A stretch of 64,000 bases of DNA from Iphione sp. A-MEVVRFRX5. Lineage: Eukaryota. Within the stretch, counting starts at the first letter, position 1. Every line of letters starts with the position of its first letter. The position numbers and the translations under genes are program-made. Under the pieces are notes generated by a model that saw nothing but the letters and a program-made list of their open reading frames with translations, searched no databases and had not been told where the DNA came from. The stretch is from NCBI GenBank assembly GCA_976226885.1, contig OZ320321.1, forward strand, positions 57,226,001-57,290,000, read 5' to 3'. Shown here one piece after another: positions 22,970 through 32,354 of the stretch.

Positions 22970-23638
22970 TTAAGAAGACCGCGTGTCAGGCACACCTGGA
23001 ATCAGCATCCTGTTCGCAAAGGCACGCAAGAACTGAACAAGAGCTTGTGTCCATACTGAGCTCGTTTCACTTGTAGGACGTATTCCATCTACCCCCAGGA
23101 ACTCACCACGTGGAGAAATACGTATATTATCTCCAGAACTCAGCTGATTTACCAGAAGGTCCAAGCGTGGCGGCAATAATCCAGTCTGCAGGGCTAACAT
23201 CTTGCAATAACTGTTATGCACTGCTGTCATTGCGTTCACAATCACCTGCTCGTCAGGATCAATTATATCCGGCTCCAGCCGACTCAACAACAGTCCAGAC
23301 ATCGGGCAGCACACCAGATGAGGACCCGCATTGAACGGCCCCCATATCCAGTCCTTCAACTTGCCTATGTATGTCGATAGGCATTCCAAATATCGCATTG
23401 GGCTTCTAAACCGCGGAGTCCACTGGCCAGTTTCCACATACAAACGTCGGCGCCATAATTTCTTATACGAGCCCTTATTCACTTGAATGACATGTATTGT
23501 AAGCGGTGGAAGATCAGCATTTGCTATGTCCTCCACCGAACTTGTCATCCTGCTGTCAACAACCATCAGTACTCTTGGCCGGAAGCAGCTTCTGATGTTG
23601 TGACCGCTGATGATGGACCATTCTGCGAATACATACAA
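22970..23638 (-). CDS. Stand-alone SGNH/GDSL-hydrolase-like ORF between LINE ORF1 and ORF2
   Basis: VLMVVDSR resembles block I (GDS) and LGVDGIRPT..W resembles block V (DGxHP, 23075-23089). LYVETG and HLVCCPMSGL fit the intervening strands. The track start is a TTG; the first in-frame ATG is at 23566. Confidence 0.62.
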   Translation of the reverse strand: MYVFAEWSIISGHNIRSCFRPRVLMVVDSRMTSSVEDIANADLPPLTIHVIQVNKGSYKKLWRRRLYVETGQWTPRFRSPMRYLECLSTYIGKLKDWIWGPFNAGPHLVCCPMSGLLLSRLEPDIIDPDEQVIVNAMTAVHNSYCKMLALQTGLLPPRLDLLVNQLSSGDNIRISPRGEFLGVDGIRPTSETSSVWTQALVQFLRAFANRMLIPGVPDTRSS

Positions 23639-23985
23639 TATACACAGTCAATCATGACGACTAAATACTACCCACCACTTGTACACAAACAAAAACTGGC
23701 ACTGGAACAAATGCAGTTTGCTGTCGCAGTTTTGCTAGCCGAACTTGTTACCTTATCCATTCACGTCTCATAAAATACAATTGCGCGGATGGAAAAAAAT
23801 CACTGAAGATAGTTTTTGATATACCGAGATAAGCATTTAGAAATGCAGCGTCCTTTGCGGTGTCTACTGTGATCAAATTACCGTTTAGTTAAAGACATTA
23901 CTAAATTTTAAATATAGTGCATGAGCATAAGGTTTTGTAAAACACAAACTATGGATCAATTGAATGTAAGGTCAGTTGACACAGA

Positions 23986-25569
23986 TCACCCGTTGCTGTT
24001 TTGCAAGGAGTCACGTATACGCATCAGTACATTTCCAATCAGGTTTGTTCCGGTCAAGTTAGCCGGTTCAGACCAGTTGTCTTCCAACTTTACGCCTACA
24101 CCTAATGTTTTGTCTCGATCGGCATACAAAAGATGTTTGTCCTAGGTTTTGTTCAGTACCTGAGACAGCACATTTGAATAATGGATCTTCGCACGATAAA
24201 TTTCCTCTAGAGTTACCTCTGAATTCGCTACCCATTCTTGGCTTGCGGTGATGGTATCCCCGATCCTCTTTGCTTCGAACGCGCTTCTTGCTCTGCGAAT
24301 GGCCTTCACCTTGTAGCCACTGTCAGATGCGCGCGATTTGCTGATGTTGTACGCGCTAACCACACTGCTGTAGGTTTCGCCCTTCCAAATGAACGGCGTC
24401 TCCTCCAACGGCGATAATCCAGGAGCATCGCTATTGAAGGCCAGTGAGTCACCCTCTGCCTGTGAAGATAAACTACTAGGTTTTGCCTCCTCGGGTAACA
24501 ACACTTCATCCGACGGGGCAAAACTTTCACCATCAATGTGTATGTCAACACCCTTGACGATCGCGCGTCTTCCTTGACTCTTCGCTGCAGACGCTATCCG
24601 CTGCTGTCTCCTGTGTTTTTCTAGTGCACACTGTGGAATATCCTCCCTGACATAAATTGTTCTGTATTTATGCTTTCCGGACATCCTTGCTCTGTGTCGA
24701 AGAAGAAGATTCCTAACTTCTTTAGTGGAGAAAACAATACCGAGCCTAAGATAAGTTCCCGTGTTACCGAGCCACAGGGTGTCAACAATATCCTCGCGGC
24801 GTATCCCGGCAACATCCCAGGCGAGTTTTAAGAGAAAAATACGACAATCTCTTACTTCATTTTTCTTGACTCCCTCCACGATGACGTTTGTTGATCGATT
24901 CTCGATCTCTACTCGACATAGATCATCGTCGAGCCTTGCCACCTTGTCCTCCAGATGTGTCACCAAAGCTGTCAGCCTATCGGTAGTTGACAGTAGTGTG
25001 CCCATAACGCTTGTTGACTCTTGGAGCTGTTGACGCAACAAAGCATTCATCGTTTTCAGGCTTTTGATCTCGTCCCTCAGCCCGATAAATTCTCCGTCAT
25101 AATGCGCCTTCAGTGCAGCAATCTCGCCAGCCACTGCCTCAATATTGACAGTGCCGTCACTCCCAGCAGCGTTGTTATGGTTGTTGTGACTGTCGTTGCT
25201 ACTGCCGTCTCCTTCATCTTTATTAACTCCTGATCCTGCACGTCCATCCTCACCATCTGCGTCACGGGGCGTGTTCAAATTTGCACGATCATCGCCGATT
25301 CCCCCGCTATTAGCATTTCCCTCATCCACGCCATTGTTGACAGCATGGACCGCTTCGGTTTCCGTTGCAGGTGAGTCATTGTTTACAATATGTGTTACCG
25401 GTGCTCCTGCAATGTCAGCGCCATCCTTTCCCTTATTATCACTCGGCTTTCCTCTACCACGACTTGCGGATCTGCCAGAACCTTTTGGACGACCTCTAGG
25501 ACGTAGAGTTGGTGTCTCTACTCCCTCAGTAGTCGGATTCTGCGAAATTGTTGATTTCTTGCCCATCAT
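23986..25569 (-). CDS. LINE ORF1: AT-hook, disordered region, coiled coil, RRM-like region and C-terminal NADAR/YbiA-like domain; one premature TAG at 24142-24144
   Basis: RPRGRPK at about 25483-25503; heptad region LRDEIKSLK..LEDKVARL; RSTNVIVEGV..IYVREDIP typical of CR1-group ORF1. Reading through the TAG in the same frame gives DKHLLYADRDKTLGVG..GTNLIGNVLMRIRDSL up to TGA 23986-23988, completing a NADAR-like sequence pattern. Confidence 0.85.
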
Positions 25570-25897
25570 TTCGGCTGAAAGAGCAATTGTCCAACCGAGC
25601 GCCGATCACTGCAGTTCACCACCCCGCCATGTTCTCAAAAAAACCTTTCATTACTACTTTGCAAACAGTGATGGGTACTGAAGCCTACATTATTGGTCAT
25701 ATTTGATTATGGCTCTGCGACGAGTGTAGTGGAATAAAATCAGCATCCCAAAAATCTGGGATGTAATAATTCTCAAATGGTGTTGATAGCAATTATCAAG
25801 AGTTTTATCACAAATGGAATGTGAAAAGCTTCTGTAATTAGTTGTCTGGTATTCAGTAATTCTTTCATTGTTACTTTGTTACTTTGCATTGAGTACC

Positions 25898-27072
25898 TTA
25901 TGAAATATCATTTTGTATGAAGTGAATCTGGTGGCTCAATAAACCTTGAAACCCTGAAACCAAGAACCAAACGAACTGAGCATCCTGAGGGTCTGCCTTG
26001 TATACAAAAATGTAACCCTTCGGGGTGCCAACCGCTCTCCACATCATGAACTCTGCATCATGCATTCTGCATACCTCACTCTGCAGCACCAAAAGTCCAT
26101 GCTCCTTATCCCAGTGCTATAATATTTTAATCCATTGAGTATTTCTGACTTTTCTTGCAGTTAGGTACCTATCGGGTAAAGTAATCCAGTGTCTAGTTCC
26201 AATAAGGTCTTTCAAAATGTTGCTTCTGGTATTGTTACCAGATCAGGTATTGCAAAATAGGTGTTGGAAAATATTATTGCAAATGTTTTGTTGCGGAATT
26301 GCACAAGCCACCTGGACACTTTCTGTATATAAAGATTGGATTTCTCTGAATGAACAAACACTCTCTCCCTGCGTGTTATAAAAGAGACATCCAACAGAAT
26401 CTGGACTGGGAGTAAACCAGTTTTTTCGTATGTGAGCATTCATTTTTTTCCACCTTAGCAGACCTGTGACATCGTACAACCTCACTCTCTACCAGGCTTA
26501 AGTTACAGTATATCTAGATGAATAATCTCTGCAGAATCAAACTTTGATACCGAGAAATATACACCCTAGTTATTCCAAATAGTATATTCCTACACGTTTG
26601 TGAATAATACAAATCATTTTCACCAGTTACGAATCACTTCGAGCAGTACAGTAAACTGCAAGCAATCAAAAAAGTATGGATAACTGAACAACAAGTGTGA
26701 GACCGAGAGCAACGCTCTCCTCCTTTTGGTAAAACCTGTCAACCTTCAAATCACTGCTACGAATCGTTACTTTTCGTTTCTCTGCCTACTCTGTCAAATG
26801 TTATGCCTGTTTTCTGCGGTGGTGGTAACTAGTTCGAGACCTTTCATCTCCTTCCAAGGAACTCGCCTGCCAAGATACTTGTTGGCTGATAAAATATGCG
26901 GAACGTATCCTGCAGCACCTGGATTTTCTGTCAGGAGGCTCGTGTGCTCATATTTGTCAAAACAATCCTTGTATTTCTGAGAACTGTCCTCAAAGCAACA
27001 TTTCCGCGACACAGGAGTGCGGTGGTAGGATGAACAGCTTGAAAGATCTTTACGGACGTATGATGCCTTCAA
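25898..27072 (-). pseudogene. Decayed coding sequence of an unidentified family (probably transposon-derived)
   Basis: Two long near-open stretches: GYVPHILSANKYLGRRVPWKEMKGLELV..RLTGFT, and GCLFYNTQGESVCSFREIQSLY..VACAIP..MWRAVGTPKGYIFVY..VWFLVSGFQG. Protein-like composition with scattered in-frame stops. Confidence 0.4.
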
Positions 27073-30000
27073 GCCGGATTAAAGAGGCTAATTCCTCAAT
27101 TTTGATTAGTCATGCCTCAATAGGGGGCTGGAGGGGGGAAGGGTTGCATCACTGTCGGTTTACTCATGCATTTTGACATGCATTGTTAGATACTACCTAC
27201 ATAAACCAGGTAGCAGTATGTGACGAACAAGGACACAGATCTGTGGCACAAGTATTTCACCAAGGTATATGTAACTTACGAGTATGTACTTAAAATATGC
27301 TCACGCCATAGACTTCCTCCAGCGTAGGCTACTTAATTCTTTTCTCCTGTGCTTAGGAGTGATGGCACGTGATTAAAAAGGCGCACACTCGGTCAGGCCT
27401 CCTCCTTCGTCCCTCCCCCCCTCCCCTCCTCCTCACTCTCCTTCTTAGCACTGGCATCGCTCTGCCATCGTAACTCTTCCTATTTGTGAGATATGACTGA
27501 GCCGTCATCTGTAAGAACGATAGAGAATGCAATAACGTCCACCACGAAATAAAATCCTGTACTCCCCTGGGAACAATGGTCAATGGCAGCAACTGTCCAA
27601 CCACACGCCGGCTGGGACGATAGTAGTGTTTAAAAAAAACGCTACGAATGTCTCCCTGGCCAACATCCACCAAGGAGGTTCCTCAATATACCTGGGGGGG
27701 GGGGGCTGAACTCGGGTTGGTCGAGAGACCATTATGAATCCTCGTTTTTCGGGTTTGTCTTGAGAGGTATGAGTATTTTCATAGTGGCGTGTTCGTGCCA
27801 TATCCAAGAAAAAAACTCCCAGAAATATATCAGGTTCTAAGTGGCATCGCATGGCTTTAATTAGCTCGTATAATGAGGTTTCCGTGGGGGAAACATACCT
27901 TTAGCAAAGAAAAACCAGCATTTGCCGCAGGCTTCCCGACGGAGCATACAGATGAAAGTCAGAGGCTCCGAAGCTGAACCTCTTCGCGCGTTAGTAACAT
28001 TAACGATTTACCCATCTCAGGGCAAAAAGGGTAGTTCGCCTGTGCAAATTGGTTGGACTCTAATATGACTTCAGTGAGCACCGGGCATGCCCTAAAGCAA
28101 CATCAGCGACATTCCGATGAATAAAGTTACTGCATCATTTCGATTTCATTTAGCTATAAACTTGACACTGCATAGCAACAACAACAGCACACACAGTCTT
28201 ATAAAACGCCTTCTAGCCAAAATGTTCCATCCAATAGTTACGTATCGGATCATAAATTAGGAAAAAAAGAAGAAATAAGACTTTTAACACAGGACTTGAT
28301 GTTCAGAATAAGTTTCATATAATGCATTTATGCTACGAAAAAATGTACATCTACATGTCCATTTGTATCTTAAAGCGCCTATATGTACCATAAAGTCAAA
28401 TGAATGTTTTTGCACGTATATCTGGTGAATATCAAATTAATCGTAATGTACGGAATTCGTATATCCTCTTGCATTGATTCGTCTGACCACGCACTTTGTT
28501 TTTACAAGGCCATTTAGTGCGAATCGACAGGTAAGCCATTCTATAGGTGTCCATAAATCCTTCACAAAACCACCCCATCATACTTGCTCGTTAAGACGTA
28601 GTGGAAGCCTTAACTTTGATACATACTGGGCGTTAGTGCGTCTTAAGGCGGAATCACCGAGTTCCCTTCTGGTCGGCTTTTCCTCGCAGACTATCTCCAG
28701 GCCAGCGCAGATATCACGTTCGGGTCGGGGATTGAGCGCCCTCGCTCTAATCAAATATCCTTACTGTTGGCTTGACAAGATAAGATATAGTTTCTTCTAG
28801 GTTATGACATGGCCATGAAAGCGATCTGCTCTGCATACCCTAAATTCCCTCGTGGTGACAACGGTAGAATAGCACATTACTGGCTTCCATTTCGTTGGCA
28901 GTACATCGACCGTATTTACTGATCATACCATATTATGATGTTTAAAGTTCACGCACGGAGACCTTTTGGCTTTTACTAGACTCATTTTTGTCGTCAGTAA
29001 TGACTCGCCGCTGACTACCTACAGAAAATATACCTGTAATATTATATCCGTGTGCTCTTGGAGACAGAATGTATATATACTGATCCCTGTTAACGAGCTG
29101 TAACGTGTGTGACTCATTCTATAGTAAATGAAACAATGGCACATATATAACTGACGTTTAAACTATAACTGACTTATATGATCTAGACGTGCAGTGCAAA
29201 GGTTCTAATGAACTGAAATTTTAGTAATGAGCACTTCCATCTCTAGATACTCACCACCCAGTGTTCAAATTTGTACTAAATCTACAAATACTTGTATTCT
29301 GAGCTAAATCTGATGTTACAGTATGGTCTTGATTTAGTGAAGGCGTGATGAAAATTATTTACTAATTGTACATAGTTTTAAATGTAAATAATGAATCTGA
29401 GTAGGCTATGAAGTAGGCTTAGATATATAGTTTTAGGAGCAGAACATATAATCACAGTTGTACTTTTTCATGCCTCCCCATAGGACACCTTGACTTGAGA
29501 GGTATGTTTTTGTTTCTGTCGTGATCTCTGCCTGTTTGCCAGGACATTGGTTCTCTGGAATTGCAATATAGAATACCAAACGCAGATCGACCACATTGCT
29601 ACGTCCCAGGTCATCGGGCCGACTGCTCTCGGGGGCATCATTTCCCTGGGAGCGCTGCCCTTGAAGTTTGTCAGGGCGCTCACACTTTCTGTCAGGCTGA
29701 CTGTCAATGCCTCGTATTCTGGTCTGATTAACGCATGCTTACCGTTTCTTTGTCTCAGCGATCTATAGGTTATTCATGGCTGATATTTCTCGTGAGGCTA
29801 CTACATCGGCTCACTGGTGGGAGTCCCGTAAGGGAGGCGCGGTCGGCCTTGTTTGGCCAACTCTCCCCAACGTCAACTTACTTGGCGGAACCAAGTTCCT
29901 TCCCTGCCTTCTACATTATTTCTTTTCGTATACGCCCTTTATCGCTTCCTGCATTCTTCGTAGGACAAACGCAGAGGCGCATTTGGAATAACTGTTTGCT

Positions 30001-31055
30001 GCCATGAACAGATGGAAAAAAAGTTTAAAGCAAAACTAAGGTTTGCGTGAGGGAATAGGTTAGGTATTGTTGTGCCCAGCACAGAGGAAGGGAATAGGCA
30101 CGTACAAAGGGTAATACATTGAGAATGAACAATGCGAAAAGCATATATGGCCGGGCCCATCACAAAGAACAATGTGGAGATGTTGCACAACAGCAGTACA
30201 TATAAAGAGAGTTCATTCCCCTGTTGGGCGCTTTGTGCTCGTGTCCTTTGTGCCTGTGGTGTTCAGTATCTGCTGTAGCTTCTAGTGGCACGCAACACTG
30301 TCTCTGCACTGAGATGTGAAACCACCGAATCTAGCTATATGTAACCACTGAATCTAGCTATATTTCGTGTTATTTACTAAGATGTCTTCGATTTGAGACA
30401 CGAACGTCGCCTACTGCATGTGTGCTTTTGGCATACTTTGAATAACATACATTTTAGGTTGCCAAGAGCATGTATTCCTGTATGGGTCTGGCACAACCGG
30501 GCAGAAATGGCAATGCTATGCCATTTCTCCAATCCCTTCTTCTGTGCCAACCCCTAGGGGACAGATTTCAATCAAAGGTGGGGATAACAACTTGTTCTCT
30601 GCAGCCTGTACAGAGGTTGCCCAGCCGTCATTTTATAGGACAATAAGTTTCGGGCTACCCCGCTAGAGAGGTAGAACCAAAACAAGTTTTGACATCCAAA
30701 AACATTTTTCATGTCGCTGTACACATATTATGGTATCGTTTGTATAGAAAATAAAACCTTTTCAAGGTAATACAAAAATTGTTTAGCAATTTATCTCCAA
30801 TATATTTACTCTTTGGCTACCACACCCACAAACATACATACCTTGTTTGGGGAGTCTGACAATACACTCACATACATGCACACACACTTGTTAATACCCC
30901 TACCAGCACGACTTTATAGCAATCGGACCAAGTGAGGTGTAATTAAGCAGGAAATGACCGCTTAAGTGGGGGACAAACGACCTTGCAGGTGCCCAGTTAA
31001 TGTTTGAATATTTTCTCCACATTGTTAGAAAAAGTGACTAATAATCAACTCTATA

Positions 31056-31232
31056 CAGTGGAGACCCTATATTTAAGACCACACCGAATTGCGACCTTTC
31101 TCTCTAATATGACTGTCCGAGGTGGGAACCAAAGTATCTCCATGATTACCAATTATTGATTTGTAAGCAAACTTACTAATATGGCCACTTTTGGTCAGAC
31201 CCAAGGGGTGGTCTTAAATAGGGTAACCAGTG
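31056..31232. mobile_element. Tc1/mariner-type MITE (177 bp)
   Basis: TIRs CAGTGGAGACCCTATATTTAAGACCAC / GTGGTCTTAAATAGGGTAACCAGTG with TA on both sides (31054-55, 31233-34). Confidence 0.7.
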
Positions 31233-31239
31233 TACAACT

Positions 31240-32354
31240 TTATGGAAGAAATGGATCGGTTAGCAGATTGCCGGTTTAGTTTTTAAAGGGTAGGTCTCCA
31301 CATCAAGTGATTGCATCAGGGTTGAAGCATATACATATACATTTACATGAATGATAAAACGTGGGAAACGTAGTTATCTGATATATGTCGATTACATGAA
31401 GGCATTTGATTCTACGAATCACAATGGAATTCTCCACAGATTTAAAGGCATAGGCTTAAGGGGCTGTAAACTCAACACAGCAAGTGCAAATTGTGTAATT
31501 TCAGATAGAAATATTATCACATGCGGTGTCCCACAGGGGTCCTTGTTGGGCCCCATGTTCTTTGTTATTTTCATAACTGCTATTCGTGATGTGTGTAAAA
31601 AAATGTTCATGTATGCGGACGACCTGCATGTATGCGGAAGACCTAGTAGGATTAAAATAAATGTGAAAAATACAAAGATTATGGCCTTCAACTATAGGTT
31701 TCGGTGGTGATATCTGCCAGAGCTGGAAGTGAATGGGAAGGTAATAGAAAGAGTAGATTGTTATCGATATTAGTGTCCCCTTCGATCCGATGCTCTCATT
31801 TCGATACCATGTAAATGGCAAATGTATGTATATAGGAGGGTCAGTGGGAAGTCCATTACTTCAAGAGAATGTGTAGGCAAATATGCTGGAAGGATGCAGT
31901 AATGTCGGGTAAAGCCATGATTTTACCCAGCATTGAATATGGAAGTCTCGTAGCAAACAATGATAGGAGCTATGCATTTTTGACACTAGATGAATTATAT
32001 AATAGGCTGGGAGTTGGTGGGAGACTGAGATCGAAGGAAAGCCTCATTACTGCTAAATGCGATAGTTTATCAGTCAGAAGGGATTTAGTTATCTTGAACT
32101 ATCCAAGGGAGTTAATGCAAAGAGGGAAGGGGCATGTCAATATTAAGGGCAGAATGAGAGGAGAGCGTGCCATGCATTTTCCGCAGTCTAAGGTATTGAG
32201 GGAAGGATTCAGAGACTGCGTTGACTATCATGGCAGCAGAATCTCGGATAGGTTACCTCCGGGCATTGGCACATTGAACAAAAATCAGTTCAAAAAACAA
32301 GAAAAAGATTCTTTAAAAAACTTAAATGTAGGCTGGTTAAGGGGAACTTGGTAG
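31240..32354 (+). pseudogene. Decayed CR1/L2-like RT fragment
   Basis: YVDYMKAFDS, CGVPQGSLLGP, MYADDL, INVKNTKIM, then ILPSIEYG and DRLP in other frames. Internal deletions and frameshifts are present. Confidence 0.8.

Larger units (their letters stand above)
18018..25640 (-). mobile_element. Apparently full-length CR1-group (L2/Crack-like) non-LTR retrotransposon with three ORFs
   Basis: ORF1, an SGNH-like ORF and ORF2 (APE+RT) are all on the minus strand. The 3' end is AATAAA (18038-18043) followed by a (TATC)n tail (18018-18035). The 5' boundary is approximate, near AACATGGCG at about 25630. Confidence 0.88.

Noticed and set aside
18000-25660. Target-site duplication around the three-ORF LINE
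   Set aside because: Only a short CCTTT coincidence is present; the 5' end is imprecise and CR1-group elements often lack TSDs.
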